Of a stretch of DNA of 64,000 nucleotides, positions 11,778-23,500 are shown piece by piece. Positions within the stretch are counted from its first letter, which is position 1. Every line of letters begins with the position of its first letter. This DNA is from Lama guanicoe (Eukaryota): assembly GCA_013239625.1 (NCBI GenBank), contig MU053376.1:2406507-2470506 (forward strand), given 5' to 3'. Position numbers and translations under genes: made by a program. The notes below the pieces were generated by a model, which saw nothing but the letters and a program-made list of their open reading frames with translations, ran no database searches and had not been told where the DNA came from.

Positions 11778-14700
11778 GTGAGTGAAGTGCTGTCCTGGAT
11801 CCAGCCGTGGGGGTGATTGTGGGTGGCAGGTACCATTTTAAGGAGCCCTTTGCAGCTTGCAAATCATTTTTCTATCTAAGAACATTGCATAGTCAGCGAT
11901 ATCACAAGCCCACATTTCCTGCACGTGAGGAAACTGAGGCTTAGAGGGTGTGGGCAGTCTCTAGGAAGTAAAAACAGCCCACGGGGAATAAGGAAGGGAG
12001 CTTGATTCATCTGAGCATCATCTACATCCCAGCGGGACATGAGACTCCACCAGTGGGAAGTCATAGGAAGTCCTTGGAGACCCGCTGGAGTTTGCACCTA
12101 CTGCTTTGCCAGCCTCTGCTAGTGTCTTCCCACCTGCCTTGGCTAAAGATCAGGAGAATGGTTAATGCAGCTTGGGATACGTACTCCTTAAAGGACAATC
12201 CAGATGCACGGCAGAAAGAGGGAGCTTGACAGGGCAGCCTGGGGAGAGGGGAGAGTGCTGCACTGGGGACCGGACATCTACCCATGATCCTGACCTTGAA
12301 ACCAGCTAGTATAGCAACCCCACCCCCGCCCCCATCCTTATTTGCACCATGAGGAGGTGGGACAAATGAGTTCTAAAGTTCCTTCCTCTCAAGGATTCTT
12401 TGACTCGAAATCCAAACACTGGGATGAGTGGCTGGGCTGCAGGGGCAGCCCCAAGGCCCAGCCTCCACCACCGCTCATGGAATATGGAGGTCAAATCCTG
12501 TCCTGAGTCATTCTTAAACCCAGTGGGCTTATTTCTTCCTGCCGCAAATGACCAAAGGAATCAAACAGATCCAGCAGCAAAGCTCTAAGAATTCCTAGGA
12601 TTCCTTTTGCCCCCAAAGGCCAAGAATAGTGATTTTCTGTGGCTGGAAACTTGTACCCCTGCCCCAGGGACCAGCTCAGCACGACCCTTCCTAGTTCCCC
12701 CGTCTGGCCTCAGGGATCTCGCAAGCTGGATAGATTTAGTGGTCTGGGGAAGCAGCATGAAGCTGCAAGGCTGGTTTCTATGGTGACCCCCAACCTGGAG
12801 ACATCTTTTCCTTCTGTTCCTGAAGCAAGCTCAGGATAACATCACGGGTGTCCGGCTGCTGCGGAAGGAGGTTCTACAGAACGTCTCGGTAATTGGACGC
12901 TGGGGAAGGACAGTGCCTCCCTCTGGGTGGCTGGTCTTCTGTGGGTGAGGCTGAGGCGTTGTCTAGGTTGACAGAAAATTTCACTTCCGCCCTGGGCTGA
13001 GCCCACGCAGGACGGGGCTGGGTAGTGAGCCAGAGAAGTGATGTCTGGGGTCATCAGCACAGTATCTGGGCCACGTAGTTACGTGAGTGTATGGCACAGG
13101 GAGAAGGGCAGGGATTAAGGCTTGTAAACATCTGTCTCCATTTAGCAGACAGTTGTCATCAAACTTGCCTTCTCTTTGGCCTGTGTCAGCCCAGTGGGCG
13201 TCTGTTAGGCCTCTTCCATGCCCCTCCTTTTTTCTCACCCGTCCCTCCTCACCCATCTAGGTAGTTGGTGAGCACAAACGACTGAGCCCTCATCCCTTAG
13301 AGATGCTGAAGTTCTCTCTGCGGCACCGCAGGGGGCCAGCGTGCGATCCCCATGCTCCAGGGGGTTTTCTGTTCCCCCCAGGTCCTGTCCCTGCCAGCTC
13401 TCAACCACCAAGTTCTAGTGCTTTTCATCAGCCCCCACAGCTATGAGAGAGGCCGTGTAGTGCAGAAGGAAGAATACGGACCAGATAGGGAGGCAGGAGT
13501 GCTGGGAGCTGGGCTTGTGTCTGCCACTGACCAGCCATGGGACCCTGGGCCTGTCCCTCCCCTCTGGGGCTGAGTCCTCCTGGCAAACAAAAGCGCCTGA
13601 AGGCTCCTTCAGATCTAACGTGTTTCAGCGTCTCCTAGAAGATCCCTGCCCCGCTGTGGTTATCTTGCTTTGCATGGCTTGTGGGTTGTTCAAAGCAGTG
13701 CCAGGGTGGGCAGTGGCCTGGGCTCTGCAGTGACCCCGCCCCTCCCCAGGAGGCTGAAAGCTGCTACCTCATCCACGCCCTGCTGAAGTTCTACTTGGAC
13801 ACCGTCTTTCGAAACTACCGCCGTAAGGCAGCAGAGTTCAGGATCCTGAGGTCATTGTCTACTCTGGCCAACAATTTTATTGTCATCGTGTCAAAACTGC
13901 AACTCAGTGTGAGTAGAACAAAGCTGGGACCGGGGCCCACAGGAAACACTGTGTTTTCAGAAGACTCCTCCCTTATCTGGTCCTGGCTTTTATTCCATGA
14001 CAAGGGGCTGCAGGTGTCCTGGAAAGGAGCACAGGCTCTGGACATCAGCAGTTCTGGGTTCAAGTCCAGGTCTTCTTCTAACCAACTGGATGGGTGTCCC
14101 TTTGCGAGGGGGGTGACATCTCCCTGGGCTGAAGTTTTCTTATCTATAAAATGCAGATGATCACCCCTACCTGGCAAGATTGCTGTAAGAATTAAAGGAG
14201 GCAGTCCCTGCCAGACGGTGGGAGGTGAGCATTGGCTGCCTTGAGGATGTGAGGTTTACATCTGTCCTCTTAGGCTGTGGGATGCCCTCTGGCATCACTA
14301 GGAAGGAGTGGGAGAGGGCTTGCCTCTGCTCCCAGCCAACACTTGGGGCAATTTTTTTTTTCTGTTATCTAGCAGGAAAATAAGATGTTTTCCACCAGGG
14401 AAAGTGCACGCAAGAGGTTTCTGCTGTTCCAGCGAGCATTTAAACAGGTAATCAAGGCCTGGACTGAGAGCTGCCCAGCCAGAAGGACATTAGCCTGAAT
14501 TGTCACATGAGGCTGCCTCAGGGACCTAATGCAGAATTCAATTCAGGTGGCACCACCTGGCCTGCCCCAGAGCCATCTGACTTAGCAGGAGGGCAGCTAC
14601 ATCTGCACAAATTGACATATCGTTTGCGTAAACACCACAAATGACATGGCCTAGCCTCCTGCCAATTTCAGATTAAAATGCTCTCATATTTCCCTACATG

Positions 14701-15421
14701 ATGGTTTCACTAGCAGGGACATTGAGGGTAGGCAAAGGCAGTCAGATGAGAGTGAAAAAGAAGGGAGACACCCCACAACCACGACAGACATCTGCAGTAT
14801 TTTTCATAATGCTCAAACAGTCTAGTTTGTGAAAAAGAATTATGGGAATTATATTGCCTTTTCCCAAATTGAGACAACAAAAAAATCCAAATCTCATCCT
14901 CAGATCCCCCCAAAACATACACAGTTTTGATCGGTTTTTTGATTACCAGCTTATAAACAAATTGTGAAGAGCAGTGACATATAAGGGAAGGGGGCCACCT
15001 GGGCCTCAGTTTCCTCATCTGCATGGTGGATTCAGGAGGTAGACCAGATCCACCCGATGCTGGGGTTTGGTTATTCCTGTTGTCAGGGACTCCAGATACT
15101 TTTCCCGTGTTCCTTATCTGCTGCTACTCACTGGCCCATTTGTCATCATCCCCCGACACTTCAAACGAAGCAGACAACACGCATAGACAGGGAACAATTG
15201 ATGGGTAGGTGACGTCATCAGAGGCCATCCCATAGGGGATGCAGCCCACGATTTGGAGTCAGGCAGGGTTCAGGGGTTGGATGGAAACCTATTCTTGTGG
15301 CTAACGTGACAGATCTTCAACTATCTTTTCCCTTTAGTTGGACAGAGAAGCTGCTGTGACCAAAGCCTTTGGAGAAGTGGACATTCTTTTGACCTGGATG
15401 GAGAAATTCCAACAGCTCTGA
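11607..15421 (+). CDS. IL24: Interleukin-24, spliced CDS of 183 aa: join(11607..11777,12826..12888,13750..13908,14373..14447,15338..15421)
   Basis: The exons translate to MGFPVHAAALPRLSLILLLWS..QELQFGPCRVEGVVLQKLWEAF / QAQDNITGVRLLRKEVLQNVS / EAESCYLIHALLKFYL.. / QENKMFS..FKQ / LDREAAVTKAFGEVDILLTWMEKFQQL*. This includes the IL-10 family C-terminal signature KAxGEVDILLxWM. All introns are GT-AG and phase 0, as is typical of the IL-10 family. Confidence 0.96.
12826..12888 (+). CDS. IL24: IL24 coding exon 2 (QAQDNITGVRLLRKEVLQNVS)
   Basis: Boundaries tgaag|CAA ... TCG|gtaatt; 63 nt; two N-glycosylation sequons (NIT, NVS). Confidence 0.95.
13750..13908 (+). CDS. IL24: IL24 coding exon 3
   Basis: Boundaries cccag|GAG ... 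AGT|gtgagt; 159 nt; EAESCYLIHALLKFYLDTVF...LSTLANNF. Confidence 0.95.
14373..14447 (+). CDS. IL24: IL24 coding exon 4
   Basis: Boundaries tctag|CAG ... CAG|gtaatc; 75 nt; QENKMFSTRESARKRFLLFQRAFKQ. Confidence 0.94.
15338..15421 (+). CDS. IL24: IL24 last coding exon
   Basis: Boundaries tttag|TTG ... TGA; LDREAAVTKAFGEVDILLTWMEKFQQL*. Confidence 0.95.
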   Translation: MDREAAVTKAFGEVDILLTWMEKFQQL

Positions 15422-15622
15422 ACGCCTCCACCAGGATACCGTCCTTGGCCTCCGTGCCATTTCAAACGAGCATCCCTTTCTGTGATTTTCGCTGGGCACC
15501 CTACACCCTTGACCATGAATCCCATTCCATTCCTGGCCCAGGCTTATCCTCAAAGACTTCATCCTTTAAGTTACAGGAGGTTCCCTCAGACGCTGTAAAT
15601 ATTCCACAAAGCAGATTCCTGT

Positions 15623-15680
15623 ATTTATTACAACTCTATTTAACTCCTATCAGTGTTTTAACTGATGCCATATTTATTTA
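15623..15680 (+). promoter_or_regulatory. IL24: AU-rich destabilising elements in the IL24 3'UTR
   Basis: ATTTA pentamers at 15623, 15638, 15672 and 15676; the last two overlap. Confidence 0.7.
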
Positions 15681-15790
15681 TCAGACTGAAAGTTCTGTGA
15701 AGGCAGCAAGGACAGCGCCCCATGCTTCTCTCTTACCCTTCACAACCCTTGCCACCATGTGGGGCAGTGATGGATGCTCCTTAAATGCTT

Positions 15791-15796
15791 AATAAA
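15791..15796 (+). terminator. IL24: IL24 polyadenylation signal (AATAAA)
   Basis: First AATAAA after the stop codon, 370 nt downstream, followed by T/GT-rich sequence. Confidence 0.65.
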
Positions 15797-17324
15797 CTGG
15801 ATTTTAAAAACCCCAAAAAACTTGTCTTTGAATTGTTGAGGAACAATGAGAATTGTTGGGATATGAAATTGAACTTCAGGACATCATATTACCATGACAT
15901 CTGCAGGAACAGAGCATTAGGGTGAGGGGCGCTGGTTTGAAATGTACATGATAAAAGACAATGTAGAGGCATGCCCGGCACAAAGCAGGCTCTCCCGAGC
16001 ACTGCGCTCCTTGCCTGCACTGCCCCCGACGCCCGTCTTCCCCGGCCCTTCGGTGCGCTCCTTTTCATCCCATTCACTCTTCCTTAACTGCTACCTGGGC
16101 AGGGGCCAGTGTCAAGCTGACAGTGCGGATGGTGTCATTGTCCCTGGATGCATTGTCCCATCTGCGGTGACATTCCCTGCTAATAAAAGGCAGGGACCTC
16201 GTGTTGGGGAGCCTGTTCTTTCTATTACTGGACACGTGTCCGGTGAGGCTGAGTTGTGTGTCTGGGAAAGACCTTCTTCCTGAAAGCAAAACTGGGCATT
16301 CTCTAGTCTCAGGCTCTGGCCGAACTTTATAGTTGACTTCTATCCAAAGACATAATGTCTGCCTACCTATGCCTTTGTTCAGTGCATTTACCAGAATGAG
16401 TATGCGCAGGAGGTGGGATGTCTATTCTCCCGTGATGTGAATGCTATCGCAGAGCACCTGGCCCTCCGGGAATCCCAGGTCACCTTCCTCTCCTCCTCCT
16501 CCTCCGCCACCTGGACTGGCAAATGTGGGAGGTGAATTTCTGAAAGCAGAGAGGTGTAACGGTTTTGGGTAGCTAAAATAGACCAAGGTTAAGAGAAGGG
16601 CACAAATGTCAGTGCTCGGCTCTGGAAGAAGGATAAATAGATGACAAAAATGATTCTATTTCCAAAAAAGGGAAAACGCTGGAGTGGGGGTACCTATGTA
16701 CATCAAGGGAGGAAGACTCAGAGTGAACAGGACGTATACATATATCATGAAAACAAGCATGGTTCTGAAAATTTACAACCCTTCATCATATCAAAATAAA
16801 TTGTCCGCACCATAGGACTCCAGATGAATAGAAACTCACTAGTAAGTGCTAGCCCTAAGATCAGGGCAAAGATGTTGTCTGGGGCGTTTCATACCAAGGG
16901 CCCCTTCCTAGCTTAGGGCTGACGCACGTTGTCACAAAGCATTCCAGGCATCTTCCATCGGTGTGAAGTCCATGCCTGAGAAAAGCTTCTGAAGTAACAG
17001 TGAGATCTGCACTCCAGCCTAATGTCATGTGGTCTAGAGCCAGAGCGGCAAAGACCCTGTAATCAAAGACACTCTGCAAATCCTAGTGCCTGTCGCATGG
17101 CTTGGAAAGGAAGCAGGTGGCATTGGGACAGAAGTTCTGCATCCCCAGAGCCCACTGGAAAGTGGAAGAGGGATTCAAAAGTGTTCAAGAAGAGTGCGGG
17201 ATGGAGTTGAGGGTGCTAAGTTATCTCAGAGCTAATGGACAGGGATGAGACTCCGGGTGGCGTGGCGGGGGAGGGTTCCAAAAACAGACGGAGCAGGTGT
17301 CGGAAACCAGCAGGCAGACCAGAC

Positions 17325-17501
17325 TCATTGGCACCCAGGTCTGGGCCCCGGGGGACGGCTGGAGAGTTGAGTCAGGCAGGGTATGTTGATGTAGTCATTG
17401 GAATCAGAGTCCTCCATCTTGGCAGCAGGCTGGTGGTAGAAGCTCACGTATTCACAGCTGACCTCCAGAGATGGGGCATGGAGCCAGGGAGTTTCAGACA
17501 C
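17325..17501 (-). CDS. FCMR: FCMR exon 8, C-terminus
   Basis: Starts ccccag|GTG TCT GAA and ends CAA TGA; VSETPWLHAPSLEVSCEYVSFYHQPAAKMEDSDSNDYINIPC... Confidence 0.94.
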   Translation of the reverse strand: MSETPWLHAPSLEVSCEYVSFYHQPAAKMEDSDSNDYINIPCLTQLSSRPPGPRPGCQ

Positions 17502-20500
17502 CTGGGGACAACCAAAGAAGCATCACTGGATTTAGGTAAGGTGATTGTAGTATCCACAGTGGGCAGTGGGGCCATGGGCATGGTTGCTGACCCCTAGAAG
17601 GCAAGACACAGAGGAGGCTGAGCTCCATCAAGTGGCTCAGCCTTGGGGATTTTCCACATGGTGTCTCACCCTAGATAACTGGAAAGCTCTTTGATCTAAT
17701 GTAGCAGGGAGTGATGTCAATAGGGCTCAGACAAAAATCATGTGACTAAGCACAGGTCTGAAGGAGAACCAGGGTCTGGAAGAGTTTCCACTCTATAGAA
17801 TTAGATGATGTGACTTGTGGAATAAATATGCCTCTTCTTAGGGAGGAATTCGGAAGTAGGCTGAGTCATCCCTTGCACCTCCATAGGCCTTTTATTCCAT
17901 GGAGAGGCTGTGAGGTGACATGACAGTATGTTCTAGGAAGAAGCCAGCTGGTGAAGGGGAGGAAGGTGGCAGGCCATGTGGAGCTCCTCTCCCTTGGGCA
18001 GAAACTTCAGGACCATCTGCCTTCAGGATGGGTCAGTTCTCAGAGGGCAGGGCTGTCCCATGACCTCAACATGGCACAATTATTGTAACATCTACCCAAA
18101 AAGGCTGCAGTAGGGACAGTCACACATTGTAACCAAGTGCTGAGAACTAAGGGGCCAGCCCCCCTGAACATAGGACGCACTGAGTAAAAGCTCACTGAAA
18201 GGAGCTATTACATTTCGTACTGTACCAGAGAGGGAAAGAGCAGCAGCTTGCTTCCAAAATATGTCTCCCACTACCTGTTACAGTTCATCATTTGAGATTC
18301 ATTTATTGAGCTTAAACATTTTTAAAGCCATTCCTTGTCAAGGTTAAAATATTCAGTTATTCATCATATGCACCTTGTTGTGAACTTGTTCCATCAAAAT
18401 TTTAGTCCTTGATAGCAGAAATGTGAGTTTCAAGCAGGGAGGAAGGGTGAAATTTGAGCAAGGTCCAGGCACAGGTGAGGGCATGTGTGGTCACAGAGCA
18501 GTTTAAGAGAAAGGGGCTGGGGTAAGGGGAGAGCAGATGGGCACCGCTAGATCTACCGAAGCTACTGTGAACCTTCTCCGGCAGGGCTGGGTAAGGGCAA
18601 GGTTAAGCAGCCGGACGTGACTGGGGCAGAGCTGTTGCTTGCTAGGGGACATCACTCTCCCCTTTATCGCGACACGCAAGTTTGCTGAGCCAGGGATACA
18701 TTTCTCAGCCTCCCTTGAAGGCAGATGTGTCTACATGATTAAATTATGGCCAATGGGATGCCAACGGAAGTGATGTGTGAAACTGCAGGCTTATGGTCTT
18801 AAAGAAACAGCTTTCCCTTTCCCTCTCCTATGGGCTGGGATGCAGATACAGTGCTGGTGATTGAGCATCGACCATGGATGAGGCAAAACTCCACAGGACA
18901 GTGGAGCAACAGACAGAAGGCATTTGAGTCTCTGGTTGATCCCGTGGCCCAGGCCACCTCTTCCTGGCCTCCTGCCTTTACTTAAGAGGAAGACAGACTT
19001 CTACCCTCTGAGTACAGTGGTTGAGTGCTCGCCTCAGCAGTTTAGCCTACACCGTAATTAAAACGGGGACATTTGCCCCATTTAGTTTTTCCTGGTTACT
19101 GGAGTAATCATGTTTTAGCTACTGTGGGCTACTTTAGAGAATTAAATGTTTCCCTTTCTTAACGTGGGAAAACAAAGATGAATGGATGGTTTAAAGGTTT
19201 TTCACCCGCCTTCTGCCGATGGCCATCGACAGAAAGATGAGTTCCCTATGCCCGTTCCTGGACTTCAGGAGGAGTCTTCCTCACCCAGAGTGCTGAATCC
19301 TTGTCTACATCTTTTCATCTGCCAAGTCATCCTCTAGGCCAGGCTTAGCTGCCTTCAGTGATGGGTAAACTATATCCTCTCATCTTAGAGGGTTTACTAG
19401 CAAGTACTTCCTCATATTAATGTGAAACTGGGTAACTTCCACCTACTTAAGACCTCCTAGAAATCGAATCTCTTCCACACGAAAGAAAGCCTTTCATGCG
19501 TTTGGAGAGTTACCGTCTATCATCCGCTACGCTCCCATTTATCCCACGAGAAATGCTTGGCTAAAAGCCACGCAACTAAATCTACCACAATTGTCGGGTA
19601 GTCGTCCACTGACACGGTTTAAGGAGGAAACCGATCTTTCTTGCCGGACTCACGCGCGGGAGCCGCTGGGAAAGCCCGCGCCCTCCAGCCAAGCCGAAGC
19701 TGGAGAGACTGCTCGCGGGTCCACGCCCAGGCCTGGCGCCGCCCATTCGGGCCGCAGCTGCCAATCAGGGGCGGGGCGGGGCGGAGCTTACCTGTGGCCG
19801 GGCGGGCGGCGCCGACGCCCCGGGGCCCGGGAGAGGTGCGGTCCCCACACCTAGGGGGAACGGGGAGGGCCGAGATGAGGGCGGGGCAGAGGGTCCAGCC
19901 CCACCCCCAGCTCTGCCCTGGGGACCAGGGGCCGATCCTGCCGCCCCCCAGGCGCTGCGCTTCCGGCTCACCTTCCGCGCTGCGGGTTTCTGCGGCTGCA
20001 GCTCAGGCTCCCGCCCCGTCCCGCCCCGCTCTCCCCACACCTGCCTGCGCTCTCACCAGCAGCGTCCGTCCCCCGAGGGCGCCGAGGGCAGGCGCTGTAG
20101 ATGTTGTTTTGGGTGCGCGGCCTCTGCGACACGCGGGGCCGCTGCGACACGGGCCTCTGGGAGGCCTCCAGGGCGCGCATCCTCACGGCCAGTCGGCGGA
20201 CCCGCCTGGAGAGAGCTTCGGGGCAAAACCACGGGGAGAGAGGAAAAAAGCGTCAGAGGCCCATGGCCACCCCCTCCCCGCCCCCAAGTTTTAGGAAACT
20301 GAAGGCTGTCTTCCTCCCCGGTGTCTGGCAACGTCTGACTGTAGATGCTCAGAATGTAATGTAAGAGGCACAGCCTTGCCCTCGGCAGAAGACCAAAGGG
20401 TCCAGGCAGCGCTCTTTCCCGTCCCCATTTCCAGACAAGTGAGCCCCTCCCACGTTCCCCATATCCTAGGCTGCTCATCTAAAGTAACCGAGTGTCCCCA

Positions 20501-23500
20501 GGAGATCGGAGAGGTCTGAATGCGCTGCGCCCTTTGGACAGCTCAGCGCTCCCTAACGGAGCCCGACCTCCTCACCTCTCCTCCTTTGAATGACCCTTTT
20601 TGCCAACAGTCCCATAAGTGCCAGCAGGATGAGACTCAGGATGGTGGGGATCAGGATGTGGAATCCTTGGTCTTCCATCGCAGACATCCGTCCTGGGCTG
20701 TGGTTGAAGGCTCTGAACAGGAAAGGAGGGGGAGAGAGAAGGTAGAGGTCAGGAAGGGAGGTGGGGTTTAAGGCAACATCCAAGTAGCCAACTTTTATGG
20801 AGACCCCCAAAAGAGCCTGTCTCTGGAGTCAGGAAACCTGGATTCAAATTCAGGTTCAGCTTTTTCTGGCTGTGTGATCTTTAATTAGTTTCCTAACTTC
20901 TCTGAGCCTCATTTCCCAGTAAATGGGTATAGGAAAATGTGTTGACCAGATTGGTTTAAGGATGAAAGAAAATAGTGAATGTAAAAAATTTAATGGGCCT
21001 GGTCTAAACAGGCAGTCAACAAATGTCAGTTCCACTTCCAACTTTCTACACCTGCTTCCTCATGAGATCATTGCAAATATTAAATGAGTTAGTTTCTTAT
21101 AACTGTGGAAAAGAGGATGTTTTTCTCGTGGTATTCTCTCTGCCTAGAAGGTCCTCCCTCCATTTTTTCCCTACATATTGAAATCTTACTTTCTTTAAAG
21201 GCCCAGTGCCTAAGTCCTCTTTTCTTCTCCAATCATGGTGAAATCAGAATCCTTTTTTTCTCTGTGTCACCACTTCAACCAGTTACAACCCTTTATCATA
21301 GTCATACTGCATTAGTTAATAATCTAAGACCTGGATATCTCATGTTTGCAAGTTTTTTACATCTTCAGGACATAGTACAATGCCTGGCACATAGAGATTT
21401 GAGAAAATGTTGGTTGAGCTGACTTGAATTCTTCTCTGCTAATAGGCTGGTATAGTTTACCGAACTAGGAATCAGGAATTCTGGTTCTGGCTTCAAATAG
21501 AACTACGGCTCAGTTCTCATGGGCTCAGTCTCCTATCTCTATGACCCAAATGATGTTGGAGGTCCTTTTCTTTACTAACGGGAGTGTCTTTGCTTAGGCA
21601 AAAATAATTTCAGTTAGTATTATAGGTTTTCTTTGGAGGATGCAATGCCCCCTAGTGGTCCGTTGCAGCACTTTCCTGGGTTGTACCCCTGCCTTAAGAC
21701 CAATGCTGTCTAACAGAAATGTAATGTGACCCACATATGTAATTTTACATTTCCTAGTAGCCACATTGAAAAAGTAAAAGGAAACGTGTGAAATTAATTT
21801 TAATAGCTTAGTATCTAATTTTATACTCCTTTAGTTCTTCCCCATCCAAATAGATCTGAATAAATGCTGAGAGACTGAAAGATTTAGGTCTCCTACAAGA
21901 TCTCCTGCTGGGGCACTAAATGTGTTCTTGTTCAGAGAACTAATAAGTTAATGTGTTAGACTCATAGGTGGTATATTTCACAGTGGCTTCTAGAGACTAA
22001 GCCAAGAAAGGTCTCTGTTAATAGACACTTCGGGAAGATTTCAGTGGATCTCCTAACTCCACATTACTGTGCTGGTTTTAGCCCATCCGAGATGGTGGAG
22101 GCTCCTTACCTCTGCCTGTGAAGCCGGGTTTGGTGGTTGTAGCTGGCTGTCTGGGGCCTGAGCAGTTCCTCCCGGGCTGAGATTTTTGGGGTTTTGGTGG
22201 ATGGCAGGAGGGTTGTGGGCTCAGGAGTTGCTATTGAAGATACCCTGGAAACTCGAGGGCGGTGGGTGATTGAGATGGTGGGGGAGGAATGGTGTGCTGG
22301 AGGGGCCTCCGTCCTTTGAGCTGTTGTGGTTGCTGCAGGAAACAGCAGGGAAAAGTGACCTTCCATATACACACTGTAATCTCCAACAGCATTGTGTCAA
22401 CCATTTCTTTCTTGAACACATTCTTCCCTTTTACCTAGACTGCCTTTTCCTGCACTTCTCATAGCCTGAGATGCCTTCTGAGCATGCCATCTACACCTAG
22501 TAAATATCTTCAAACTCCTTTTCCTACTGGAAGCGTTTCCTGACTTCCAAGGCAGAAGAGCTTGCCTGCTGAGCATGGAGAAAACCTTGTCTGTGGTTCA
22601 ATTCCCAGCCTGCCTTGTGCTATACCTATGTGCTTGTCTAGTCTCCCCCAGCCCACACCTGTCAGTCACAGCCTTGTGTATTGTATACAGTGAACTCAGT
22701 TACACCATCCCCCTCTGGGTAGCCAGCAAAGTCCTCTAGTGTAACAGTATTCAACTAATGTATCTATCTCATGGGGGCAGATGTGAGGATGTGGAAAATA
22801 ATATTGCGTGTCAAAATGCATTTGAGACACGGAAATGATAGAAACATAAATGTATAAGTAGTAAATCCTTATTAATCTTTTTATTGCAAAATAGAGCTGT
22901 TAAATCACTGTATGCCAGCAAGTGGAAGACAGCCCTATGGGGAGCAGGAGGCGTGAGGGCCTCTGGCTGAGAAACGTCTGCCCAAGTCGTGATTGCCACA
23001 GTCATTCATAAAAGAGCTAGACTTTGTGAATGGAGCACAAACTTCATTCCTTATGGCGCCACCTGGTGGTAATATGTAAGTTCTGCAACTAGTGCCAAGT
23101 GTCCAGACTGAAGGATGGGCTTGAAGGACATAGAACTTCGATCTCAGGGAGGTATCCTCTCCTAAGGCAGGGAAATACACACCTAGACTCAGCTGTGCTC
23201 TGCCAGTGACTCTGAACTGAACACATACCCTCTTCTCTGTTTTCACAACGCCATAAAATCTCCCCCACCCACCACCCTGGCTTTGGTGAACTGACCTTTG
23301 GATATGAACTGTAAAGGGCTGGCATGTGCAGGCATCTGGAACCAGGGAAGCATGTGCAATTGTAGTAATCTATTAAACCATGCTGGAGGCTCAGGTACTG
23401 GCTCTTCTTCCCAGAATGACTCGTAATCTATGGAGGCAAGAGGAATCCATTGGTGGCTTCTAGGATGAGACCCAGGCCTGGGGAGGGGTCTGCTGGTATG

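Larger units (their letters stand above)
19640..20290. other. Intragenic CpG island over FCMR exons 6-7
   Basis: Very high GC content and dense CpG compared with the flanks. Confidence 0.8.

Noticed and set aside
13909..14160. Extended IL24 reading frame past the exon donor (ORF 13681..14160)
   Set aside because: This is read-through into an intron containing MIR-like sequence. A strong GTGAGT donor and intact downstream exons explain the gene.
19641..20294. 217-aa Pro/Ala/Arg-rich ORF on the + strand
   Set aside because: It starts at a non-ATG codon, is antisense to FCMR exons 6-7 and lies in a CpG island where long open frames arise by chance.
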